Shown piece by piece: positions 47,226 through 56,000 of a stretch of DNA of 64,000 nucleotides. Both the position numbers and the translations under genes were made by a program. The notes beneath the pieces were generated by a model, which had not been told where the DNA came from, did no database searches, and saw only the letters and a list, made by a program, of their open reading frames with translations. The stretch is from positions 310,001-374,000 of IMG/VR virus record IMGVR_UViG_3300032770_000001; one strand, 5' to 3'. Each line of letters begins with the position of its first letter. The first letter of the stretch is position 1.

Positions 47226-50200
47226 TACTCAAACTCCTCCGGGATCAACGTTTCAAGTGCAGGCAATCCCTCGACACCATGCGTGCGCTCCGGGATGTTG
47301 GCGTAGCCATTGTTCTCCAGACCTTCACCGTAATCCCCGCTGTCGTAACGAGTGTCACTCAGAGGCGGCGTTTTATGGGACGAAGATTTGTCAAACGTCA
47401 TCAGGAACGGCCCTTGCTTCAACTTTTCCAAATCAGAGCCAACCAGCGTGCCGAGGTATTCCAAGTCTTCCGGCTTGCACAAGAAGTTGGTGTACTGCTG
47501 CCACGAGTGTTGAACCGCTTCTTCCTTCGTGTAAGAAAGATTAGTCACCTTGGATGGTTCCGACATCAACCGTTCCCAGCCTTTGATAACGTTCTCCACC
47601 TGTTCCTGATGGTGGGAACCTTGGAAGTTTTTAATGCGAGCCACGACCACGGCAGGCTCGCCAGAGATGCGGCTGTTCTTTACGTCACGAGTTGACCACT
47701 TGCCAGTGACGTATGCCTCGATCTGAGCCGCGACCTCACCACCTTGTCCGGCAAAACGGGTCGCAACCTCACCCGCAGGGGTGGTGCTGACCAAGTGGTG
47801 TTCCATCGAATAGCTACGCTCCAGCGACTCCAACGCCTTTTGACGCTTGCGTGGAATCTGATCGATAGTCTTGCCATACTTCGACAGAACCTCGTTGAGA
47901 ATCTCTATGAACTCCAGACCACGGAAGCCATCCTTGGCAATGATCCGGGCGATATCCACCGTGGTGCCGTGATAGACGATCCCCGCACGCCAGTCCTGCT
48001 TAAGCTGCTCCCATGCGTCTGCTGCGGCAGTTTTCTTCGAATTGACTCTACGCAAACTGAGTTGTTCCGGGGTCAGGTCTGGGATGGTCTGCGCCCACGT
48101 AGAGCCGTGGAATGTACCTAGTGGAACCCATGCCTCATAAAGCACGAGCCCACGAGCTTTCAATCCCCGGTCGCGTCCGGCTTGCTGCATTGCCGTGGCA
48201 CCATCCTGCGCCAAGAATGAGCCTTTGCGTAATCCTTCGCGGTCGATGATAGCGGCGGTCGCGGACGGTGTCGCGTGATACAGGCGGACGCGGTTGTTCT
48301 CGATGGGAAGTTTGTTGCGTTCTGCCCAATCACGATTCTTCTCTTCCTGCGTCCACTCCGCGTAGGGTTTGCTGTTTGCTTTCTTGTTCCAAGGATAGTT
48401 CGCCATGTAGTATGCGTATTCTTTCGTGGCAGCTTCTTCCTTTTGTTCACGGGTGAATGGCGCTTTTACTGGGTAGTTCGGGTCTTTCCACACCGCTTCC
48501 GGGATAACAATGGAGTGGTCTTCAGTAATCGGCAGCATTCCGATTCTTGAAAGGTCTGGGTCGTATCCTACAAACTTTTTTGGGTAATGCGTGACGTGAG
48601 CGTGCCCCTTCGAACCGTCCTGCATCTTCCCTTCTGTATCCCACAGCCGCACTTCGACGCTGAAGTTGTTCACGTCGGAGTCAGGCGTCACCTGAATCGT
48701 GACGGTGTCTTTGTAGAACAGCATCTTGCCGTTCTTGAACTCTTTCACCTTGTCCCACATTGCGCCTGCGATCTTGCTGCCGACTTTCTGGATGAAACTA
48801 CCATCCGGAACCACAGCGGAGATCGAGCCCTCATCTTCGCTCACATTCTTGTAGTAGACACCGCGACGAGCCTGACCACGGGTGATTTGACCTCGCATGA
48901 TGCTGTTGGCTTTGAAGTCCTGTCTCGGATCGTTGGGGGTGTTCACCATATCGCCCACAATCTTCACCGGAAAGATGTCCGGCTTCATTGTCGGAGCGAC
49001 CTGAGTACCATCGGAAAACTTTGCTTTATTCGCCCAATCGCCGGGATAGAAATCCTCATCCGGTAGGGGTGTACCCTGTCCCCCTGCGCTATAGCCAGTC
49101 GGGAAAATTCCGTGCTTAGCCAGAGACTTCTTGCCCATGAGTAAAGTCTTGCCGTACTCTCGCGTGCCGTCCCATTCACCCTGTGCCGGGTATCCGATAC
49201 GGGCCGTCAATGCATCCTTTGCGGCTTGGAATGTACCGATGTGCAGCCCATACGCCGCACCACGCAACTCGCCGGATGGCGAACCGTGGTAGTAGGTGGT
49301 GTTATCGACGAACTTCGCCCCAGTCTTTCCTTTCGGTGCGCCCTTGCTGGCTTCGGCAATCCACGCTTCCTGTCCGGCATCGATCATCGCTTTTAGCATA
49401 TTCAAAGTGCTGCGAGCACCATCGAAGTCCCAATTTCCCAACGAAACGGCGGCGTCACGAGCGAGAGTCTGTGGGCGGTTATAAACGCGAAGCGCAGCAT
49501 GAGCTTCAGCATACCGTTTGCTCACTGCCTTAAAATCAGCGATGGCCTCATCCAATGTCTTACCCTTGAGTTTGCCATCTTTCTGCACTCCATAGTTGCC
49601 ACGCATGTTACCTTGCATCTCACGTTCGAAGCCATACGCATTTTCGAGTACACGCAGAACTTTCTCGGTCTTCTCTTTCACGCTGCCGTAACCAAATGAG
49701 CCGTTGATGATGGCGACCCGCTCATTCATGCGGTGGGTGAGATCGCCACAGTGCTCCACCACGAAGCTGTATACTCCGGCTCCGAGTGGGTGGTGTTGGA
49801 TGCGGAGCATGGCGTGCTCCGGGGCCCCACGTTGTTCGTCTGCCAACTCGATAAATGCGGCATACTCTTTCACACGAGCCTCACGCATTTCAGTGTAAGT
49901 CTGGAAGTGTTGCTTCTCTTCAGGATCAGTGATTTCAGCACCGACCTTAGAGATGTCAGCGTTCGGAGCTTCAGCCCAGAGTTTAGCCAGTTTCTCTTCC
50001 ACGTCCTTACTGCGTGCCAAGTTCCAGCCGTTGAATTGTCCGATTTTCGCTTTGCCACGACCGAAGTCGGGATCGTCAGTCTGCACCAGACGATATTCAC
50101 CGCCCTCCCAATTGAGTTTGCTCAGATAATCCATCGCTTGACGACTGAGGTTAAACGCATACTGCCAGCCAAGGCGGACACCGCGAGGGCCGTACTTGAA

Positions 50201-51694
50201 TTCGTTGATGAGAACGTAAACGTTACGTCTCGGCTGAACGATCTCGTTCTTGTCGATCAGCATCTTCTCGGTCACGAAGTTGGCACCATACTTTGCGTTG
50301 AAACGACGGGCAATTGCACGCCATCCCGAACCGTGACCATAGCCACGATATTGGAGCATCTTGTAGGCATCGAGACCCATACGCAGCACCTTCGGACGCT
50401 CATTCAGAAGCAGGTCTTCGTGATGTGCAAGTTCGTGTGCAACCACACGAGGCAGGAGTTTGTCATTACCGACCATGTCGCTCTGAATTGAAATTGTAGT
50501 GTTCTCATCAGCGTAGACCTGACCGTTCGCATCCTGCCCATACCGCCAGTGACAGTCACCACCAGTGGGCTCAGCGGCACGATTGACAATCTTGATCGTT
50601 GGACGCGGTAGACCCGGCGATAGCACCGCCATCATCTCGGTGACAACGTTCTGCACTTTGCCATAGGGGTCTTCTTCGGCTGCCAATTTCGGTGACTTGG
50701 AAGCGTGCATTCCCATTGCACGTTCAAGCTGCACGACTTCCTGCGTCTCACTCTTACGAGACAAGGCGACTTCACGCACCATGAAACTGATGCCCTTCAA
50801 GCCGTCGAGACCTTCATATTTTTGCGAGACATCCGGCTTGACATACGCCAACGTGATGTGTGGTTGATAATCCGGGAAGTTATCCGGGCGATTGCCGATT
50901 TCGGCATCGATCTTTTCTTTGAGTGTTTTGAGTCCGGAACCTACAACCTCGATCACAATCGGGGCGGTACCTTCCGACGCTTCGGACGGAGTGAACACGT
51001 GGAGCTTGCCGAACGTGACTGGAAACGGAGTCACGCCCTGAACCGCACGACGGAGTCCTTCGGCGTCCTCATCCACACCGTACTTAAGTGTGATGTGCGC
51101 CTGCATCTCACGTCCCTTGCCTGCTAAGTCTTCATCTGGAATCAGAGCCTTGCTGAACTGCTCCAGCTTCCCGGCGATATTGTCCGGAACATTGACCTGT
51201 GTCGATGCGTTGGAATACGCAGCGAACTTCGGTGTGCGGAACGTCTTCGCCTGCGACATGGGCACCATCACCGATACGCGGGGGTAGCCCATGTCGCGAA
51301 GCACAGCAAAGCGGTGCCGACCATTGGTAAAGCTTACGCCGCCACGGTCATCGTAATCGTTATAGGAAATCAGCGGGGCTTCAATCGGAGTGCCGGGGTT
51401 GTCCTTGAGCCATTTCTGGAACCGCTCGTAACGTCCGTGGATGGCATTCTCGGTGCCGCCCGGTCCGACGTAGAATCCGGGCGGATCGCTTGCCTTCCAC
51501 TCCGCATCAAGTTTTGCGGTATCAACGTTGACTAGGACGTAGTCTTTACTGCCCCGCATGTGGGACGGGCGGGTGAACTTAATTGGCGGCAGGTCAGCGG
51601 GATTTCCGCTTGGCTTTGAGGGCTGCGATGGCGTAGCGTGATTTTCTTCCGGCGTATCTGACGCGGCGGTGATTTTTTGCAGAAGTGGATTCAT
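47225..51694 (-). CDS. polyvalent protein (~1489 aa): ParB-like, 2H phosphoesterase, SprT-like metalloprotease, 3 ART-like and unknown modules
   Basis: 'FTNGRHR'; HITL x2; 'HELAHH..GHG..W'; YYHGS, LYHAT, VYHGT; start chosen at MNPLLQKITA. Confidence 0.8.
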   Translation of the reverse strand: MNPLLQKITAASDTPEENHATPSQPSKPSGNPADLPPIKFTRPSHMRGSKDYVLVNVDTAKLDAEWKASDPPGFYVGPGGTENAIHGRYERFQKWLKDNPGTPIEAPLISYNDYDDRGGVSFTNGRHRFAVLRDMGYPRVSVMVPMSQAKTFRTPKFAAYSNASTQVNVPDNIAGKLEQFSKALIPDEDLAGKGREMQAHITLKYGVDEDAEGLRRAVQGVTPFPVTFGKLHVFTPSEASEGTAPIVIEVVGSGLKTLKEKIDAEIGNRPDNFPDYQPHITLAYVKPDVSQKYEGLDGLKGISFMVREVALSRKSETQEVVQLERAMGMHASKSPKLAAEEDPYGKVQNVVTEMMAVLSPGLPRPTIKIVNRAAEPTGGDCHWRYGQDANGQVYADENTTISIQSDMVGNDKLLPRVVAHELAHHEDLLLNERPKVLRMGLDAYKMLQYRGYGHGSGWRAIARRFNAKYGANFVTEKMLIDKNEIVQPRRNVYVLINEFKYGPRGVRLGWQYAFNLSRQAMDYLSKLNWEGGEYRLVQTDDPDFGRGKAKIGQFNGWNLARSKDVEEKLAKLWAEAPNADISKVGAEITDPEEKQHFQTYTEMREARVKEYAAFIELADEQRGAPEHAMLRIQHHPLGAGVYSFVVEHCGDLTHRMNERVAIINGSFGYGSVKEKTEKVLRVLENAYGFEREMQGNMRGNYGVQKDGKLKGKTLDEAIADFKAVSKRYAEAHAALRVYNRPQTLARDAAVSLGNWDFDGARSTLNMLKAMIDAGQEAWIAEASKGAPKGKTGAKFVDNTTYYHGSPSGELRGAAYGLHIGTFQAAKDALTARIGYPAQGEWDGTREYGKTLLMGKKSLAKHGIFPTGYSAGGQGTPLPDEDFYPGDWANKAKFSDGTQVAPTMKPDIFPVKIVGDMVNTPNDPRQDFKANSIMRGQITRGQARRGVYYKNVSEDEGSISAVVPDGSFIQKVGSKIAGAMWDKVKEFKNGKMLFYKDTVTIQVTPDSDVNNFSVEVRLWDTEGKMQDGSKGHAHVTHYPKKFVGYDPDLSRIGMLPITEDHSIVIPEAVWKDPNYPVKAPFTREQKEEAATKEYAYYMANYPWNKKANSKPYAEWTQEEKNRDWAERNKLPIENNRVRLYHATPSATAAIIDREGLRKGSFLAQDGATAMQQAGRDRGLKARGLVLYEAWVPLGTFHGSTWAQTIPDLTPEQLSLRRVNSKKTAAADAWEQLKQDWRAGIVYHGTTVDIARIIAKDGFRGLEFIEILNEVLSKYGKTIDQIPRKRQKALESLERSYSMEHHLVSTTPAGEVATRFAGQGGEVAAQIEAYVTGKWSTRDVKNSRISGEPAVVVARIKNFQGSHHQEQVENVIKGWERLMSEPSKVTNLSYTKEEAVQHSWQQYTNFLCKPEDLEYLGTLVGSDLEKLKQGPFLMTFDKSSSHKTPPLSDTRYDSGDYGEGLENNGYANIPERTHGVEGLPALETLIPEEFE

Positions 51695-52127
51695 CCCATT
51701 CCTTACGAACAACTTGCAGCGGTCTGACCGTAGGCCAATAGGCAATTCGGCAGACCTTCCGCTTGGTCTTTTTGCCCTCATTTAGGACTTCAATAGCACA
51801 GATACCCATGACCATCTCCTGACTGTCTTGGGAGTGTTCTAGGTCCGTGTCACCGAAGCGCGTGTCCTTACAATTCGGGTGCGTGTGAATCGTCCCTAAG
51901 AATGAATACCCGGCTTCTTTGGCGTCGTCCTCATGATCGTCAAGCTCCTGATCGTCGTAGGACAGCGTCTTCATGGACTGGGTAAAGTCCATAGGGATGA
52001 AAGCACAGATATATAGGGTATCACCGCGAATCTCGCCCCACAAGGCTTCCATGTGTTCCAGCGGGAAAGCGTAGAGGGAGCGGCGGCGAAACTTCGCCTC
52101 TTCCTTCTTGTCTACTACTATTTTCAT
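51594..52127 (-). CDS. JAB/MPN-like metallopeptidase
   Basis: 'PLEHMEALWG' and 'GTIHTHP..GDTD' approximate the JAMM E...HxH-x7-S-x2-D motif (Ser position is Gly). Confidence 0.7.
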   Translation of the reverse strand: MKIVVDKKEEAKFRRRSLYAFPLEHMEALWGEIRGDTLYICAFIPMDFTQSMKTLSYDDQELDDHEDDAKEAGYSFLGTIHTHPNCKDTRFGDTDLEHSQDSQEMVMGICAIEVLNEGKKTKRKVCRIAYWPTVRPLQVVRKEWDESTSAKNHRRVRYAGRKSRYAIAALKAKRKSR

Positions 52128-52159
52128 GAAGGGTGCGACCGACACGTTGTTTTCCCCGC

Positions 52160-53731
52160 TTACTTTTTGAGAGCTTCGACTTTGAGTTCCTGCGCTCGCT
52201 GATAAACCTTCGAGCGTACATCTGATGGAAGAACCGCTAAAGTATTGTACGGCTTTCCCGGCACGATCTCATCCATCGCCTGATGGACATACCCCATATC
52301 GCCTGTCGGTTGGTCCGGGAATTTGTAGCCTGCTCGCTCCCACATCTCACGGTAGTTATCGGCTTTCTTGGCGATAGCGCGAACTGCCTTGAAGAAGGGC
52401 TGAGACGAAGCGTACACGGGAACCCCACCAATGTCGAGCGGCGGTTTCCCCTGCATCACCGGATCAGCGATAGCTTCGGCTGCGCACTTGACATCGTCCA
52501 ATGTCAGTGAAGCTACCTTACCTGCGGAACGGTCTTTCAAATTATCGGCAAGGGCGGCGGCGATCTCGAAGCGGAGGTCCTCGGAGGTACGTCCCTCAAT
52601 GGCTTCCTGCAACTTCTCAAGCTGCTGCTCACCTGCCTGTACGATTTGGTTCAGGTCGTTGAGCAACTTCAACTCTTGGGGAGTAAGTTTGCCCTTTTCG
52701 GGCTTGTAGAGGAGATCATGCGTGACCTCAGCCCATGCGTGCATCAGCACGGAGGCGACTTGAATTTCAACCTGCGTGTCGGCATAACGAAGTTCTTTTT
52801 TGCGGAGAGTTTCAGGACGCAACCGGACGAGGTAGTGGGTTGCAACGTAACCCAGCGTATCGCCCTCTTCTGGTTGACTCGATTCAGGAAAGTGTTTGGG
52901 CTCCCGCACCGAGACGAACAATTGATTGATAATCGTCCCGACGTGGTCGCGGTCGGCAGGCATGTATAAAGCCACGCGACATCCGGCGAGATCGACGATG
53001 TCATCGTAAATTTCGCGGAAGCTCTGGTAGTGCTTTTTCTTATCCCGCTTGAACAGCTTCTTTTCAAGACGAGACGGACGCTTGGCACGCGAGGAAACGA
53101 CGGCTTTGATGCCTGCCTCCTGTAATGCCTGATCGAGCTTGTCCTGCACGAGGCTAGCGCACTCCTGATAGAAGTCAACCTCGTGCTCATAGTTCTTCAA
53201 AAATGCTTCGATCACCGTGTATTTACGATCCGCATTCTGATCGGCGGTTTTGCGGGACTTAGGGTTTTGTAACAGTTCCGCAACAATCGAGGAAGTTTTC
53301 TGCTCATCCTGTTCTTCCTGATGCTCTTTCACGATGTCGAACAGGTAGTCAAACTTGACCTCGGAGATATCCCCCAGATACTTTTCCGGTACATGCTCCA
53401 GATAGGTCTTTTCCGCCTCTTCGAGAGTGTCGAAACCGAGCAGAATTTTGTACTCGTCAAACTCGCCGGAATCATCGATTTGTTCGACAATATAGGCATA
53501 TTCGGCATCTTTGTCCGGACCGATATAGATATCAACTTTCTCCTGATCGCCAACTCCAGTGGTGTCCGGGATGTAGCCGTAATCTGCTTTCATCTCAGTT
53601 TTGAAGGTCTTACCTTCAGGCGTGGTGCCGACGCGGGTGCTTCCTGCGGGCCATTCAATGATGACCGGAAGTCCTTGAAATTCAGTGCTGTGCTCCTGCG
53701 GGAGCTTGTCGGCTGTGATCGATTTCATCAA
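52160..53731 (-). CDS. inorganic pyrophosphatase-like - RelA/SpoT synthetase fusion (polyvalent protein)
   Basis: 'IEWPAGSTR..DYGYI..GD..VDIYIG..FDEYKILLGF'; 'SRAK..DLAGCRV..GYVATHY..EIQV...HAWAEVTHDLLYK'. Confidence 0.85.
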   Translation of the reverse strand: MMKSITADKLPQEHSTEFQGLPVIIEWPAGSTRVGTTPEGKTFKTEMKADYGYIPDTTGVGDQEKVDIYIGPDKDAEYAYIVEQIDDSGEFDEYKILLGFDTLEEAEKTYLEHVPEKYLGDISEVKFDYLFDIVKEHQEEQDEQKTSSIVAELLQNPKSRKTADQNADRKYTVIEAFLKNYEHEVDFYQECASLVQDKLDQALQEAGIKAVVSSRAKRPSRLEKKLFKRDKKKHYQSFREIYDDIVDLAGCRVALYMPADRDHVGTIINQLFVSVREPKHFPESSQPEEGDTLGYVATHYLVRLRPETLRKKELRYADTQVEIQVASVLMHAWAEVTHDLLYKPEKGKLTPQELKLLNDLNQIVQAGEQQLEKLQEAIEGRTSEDLRFEIAAALADNLKDRSAGKVASLTLDDVKCAAEAIADPVMQGKPPLDIGGVPVYASSQPFFKAVRAIAKKADNYREMWERAGYKFPDQPTGDMGYVHQAMDEIVPGKPYNTLAVLPSDVRSKVYQRAQELKVEALKK

Positions 53732-54004
53732 AAATGCCTTATTTACTGGGGTTTTGTACGTTGGATGCTCGGAACTACTCCGAGGCTCCTACCTAAGGAT
53801 ACGAAAAGCGACCCGATTTCCTGCACCCTTTCTAAATAATTTCACGCGGGATTTCCACAGCAGGCGGTATTACTGATTGTGGTGAACTGCACTCCGAATG
53901 CAAAGGCCATTGCGCCACATTCGTCGAACTGCACAATTTCGGGGGCAGGCCACTTTAGCAACTACACGTTGCATTAGTAGTCCATCCATCTCGGAGGAAG
54001 CTTC

Positions 54005-55222
54005 TTGGCAAAGAAACAAGTTTCAAAGAAACCCTCGAAACAAACTCTCATCGCTGAAGCACAACGTTTAGCAACACAGACTGACGAACTCACACGAGAT
54101 TTTTTCCGCAACAAGAGTGAGTTCAAAGACCAGTGGAACATTTACTGGCCGACCTTCCAAGCATTTCTGGCCGAAGCGAAGGTAGTCTCGAAAGTGGCTA
54201 AACCGTCGCCCGATAAGCAGATTGATCTTGAGATCGAGAAAGTCCGTGATCGCAAGTCGAACCTGAAGGACAAGTACGCAGCCGCAATTCATCGCGCAGA
54301 AAAAGCCGAAGAGACATTAAATCTCTTGCAAGACCTCCGCAGCAAGACTTCCCAGAATCTCACCATACTGCCAAAAGTTTCCAGTGGCACTGGAGAATCT
54401 GTCGCTGTCATGTGCGCCTCGGACTGGCATACTGAAGAAAACGTCAGCGGCGGGGACGTGGCCTATCTTAACGAATACAATTTGGAGATCGCCGACAAGC
54501 GCATCACCAAGTTCTTCCAAGGTCAGGTCCGTCTAGCCGACATCATGCGTCGTGACCAGAACATTCTCACGACTGTCCTGTTCCTCGGCGGCGATTTCAT
54601 CACCAACACCATTCACGAAGATGCGGCAGAGAGCAACAACCTTTTGCCTGCCGACGCGATCTGGTGGGCTCAGGAACGCATTATCGCTGGCATCCGCTTC
54701 ATTCTGGAGAACATGCCGAAGCAGGGTGAACTCATCATCGTCTGTCACGGCGGAAACCACGGGCGCATGACTAAGAAACAGCGCCACGCAACGGAACTCG
54801 GCAACTCACTGGAGCAGTTGATGTACCGTGAAATCAAGCTGATTCTGGCTGACGAGAAACGCATTACGTGGCAGATCGCCGAGGGCTATCACACCTTTGT
54901 GAAGCTCTACGGCGGTGCTTACACGATTCGTTTCCACCATGGTCACAACATCAGCTACGGCGGCGGCATCGGCGGTATCACGATCCCGGTCAACAAAGCA
55001 ATCGCTGGCTGGAATCAAGGCCATACCGTCAATCTTGACGTGTTCGGCCACTTCCACCAATACATCGACGCTGGCAACTTCGTTGCGAACGGCTCTCTGA
55101 TTGGCTACAACGCATACGCTGTGGCGATCAAAGCGGCCTTCGAGAAGCCGACGCAAGCGTTCTTCCTCATCAACAAGAAATACAATTCGAAGACGATGGC
55201 TACGCCCATCTTCGTCGAATAA
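54005..55222 (+). CDS. calcineurin-like metallophosphoesterase
   Basis: GGAGG RBS, TTG start; 'SDWH','GGD','GNHGR','HHGH','GHFH'. Confidence 0.85.
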   Translation: MAKKQVSKKPSKQTLIAEAQRLATQTDELTRDFFRNKSEFKDQWNIYWPTFQAFLAEAKVVSKVAKPSPDKQIDLEIEKVRDRKSNLKDKYAAAIHRAEKAEETLNLLQDLRSKTSQNLTILPKVSSGTGESVAVMCASDWHTEENVSGGDVAYLNEYNLEIADKRITKFFQGQVRLADIMRRDQNILTTVLFLGGDFITNTIHEDAAESNNLLPADAIWWAQERIIAGIRFILENMPKQGELIIVCHGGNHGRMTKKQRHATELGNSLEQLMYREIKLILADEKRITWQIAEGYHTFVKLYGGAYTIRFHHGHNISYGGGIGGITIPVNKAIAGWNQGHTVNLDVFGHFHQYIDAGNFVANGSLIGYNAYAVAIKAAFEKPTQAFFLINKKYNSKTMATPIFVE

Positions 55223-55882
55223 TCACTCTTCGCGGGGTGCTGCCTTGGAAACGGTCAGGTCTTTCTTGGACTTGACCGTTTTCTTTTCGTCTTCTTCGCG
55301 ACGTTTCTTCATGTCAATGCACTCGCCGCAGGGACGCCCGCACTTCCAGTAGCCGTCCTTCGAGGGTTTGTAGTCTCCGTAATGTTTGCGCACGTTCTTG
55401 GCAAGATTGACGAGCGCCTCGTCAAAAGTGCTGCCGCCAGTATCCAGATCGATGTCGTGGGACGAAAGCTTAATCGTGGTCTTGTCCCAGTCCTTGTAGA
55501 ACTCCTGATAGTATTTTTCGGACGTGGATCGAGCACCTGAAGCTGCAAACCCGTAGTAGACGGGGCCGAACTCCAGCCAGCACTCGACGTATTTGTTCTT
55601 GCTGCGATCATCATCGATACGACCATGACCACCGGGCTTGTTGGTTTTGGTGTAGAAGATGTCCAGATTCTCTTCGATGGCGGCGACGGTGCAGTGACGC
55701 CAATAGCGATAACATTTACCGTCTGGATCACGCTGAATCAGGTAGTGTTTCGCTTCGAGTTCGTCGGCTTCTGCCGGGGTGATTTCGCTGCGCTCCATGC
55801 GCTGTAGCTTTGGGTGCTCACGTAGGAACCAGAACGCATCGTATGCGTTAGCGATTTTGTGCCATTGTTTCTTCTTTGCCAT
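55223..55882 (-). CDS. hypothetical protein
   Basis: GGAG RBS before MAKKKQW. Confidence 0.7.
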   Translation of the reverse strand: MAKKKQWHKIANAYDAFWFLREHPKLQRMERSEITPAEADELEAKHYLIQRDPDGKCYRYWRHCTVAAIEENLDIFYTKTNKPGGHGRIDDDRSKNKYVECWLEFGPVYYGFAASGARSTSEKYYQEFYKDWDKTTIKLSSHDIDLDTGGSTFDEALVNLAKNVRKHYGDYKPSKDGYWKCGRPCGECIDMKKRREEDEKKTVKSKKDLTVSKAAPREE

Positions 55883-56000
55883 GTTTGATCTCCAGTTTAA
55901 CATTGCGACGTTTGTTACGCCAGTATTGCTTTTTGCGGAATGGGCGAAGGTGCACCGCCCACTCCCCAGATTCTTTACGCTCAGGACGTTTGGCTGCCAT
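55848..56000 (-). CDS. small basic protein
   Basis: MAAKRPERK...; AAGGGA upstream. Confidence 0.45.
   Translation of the reverse strand: MAAKRPERKESGEWAVHLRPFRKKQYWRNKRRNVKLEIKHGKEETMAQNR

Noticed and set aside
47215-47235. Programmed frameshift joining the two polyproteins at the TAATG overlap
   Set aside because: No slippery heptamer is evident, and TAATG coupling is common throughout this window.
51695-51781. Longer N-terminus of the 1518-aa ORF
   Set aside because: It lies within the JAB gene and starts at TTG; the ATG at 51694 has an AAGGA SD and gives a leader like the other polyproteins.
32438-53731. K-x-A junctions as DNA recombination sites (integron/shufflon-like) or inteins
   Set aside because: The nucleotide sequence varies at synonymous and middle-codon positions with no inverted repeats, and there are no intein C/S...HN termini.
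53740-54000. Possible ncRNA or 32-aa ORF (GAACTGCAC x2) between divergent genes
   Set aside because: Only a 9-nt repeat and weak hairpins; adequately explained as a divergent promoter region.
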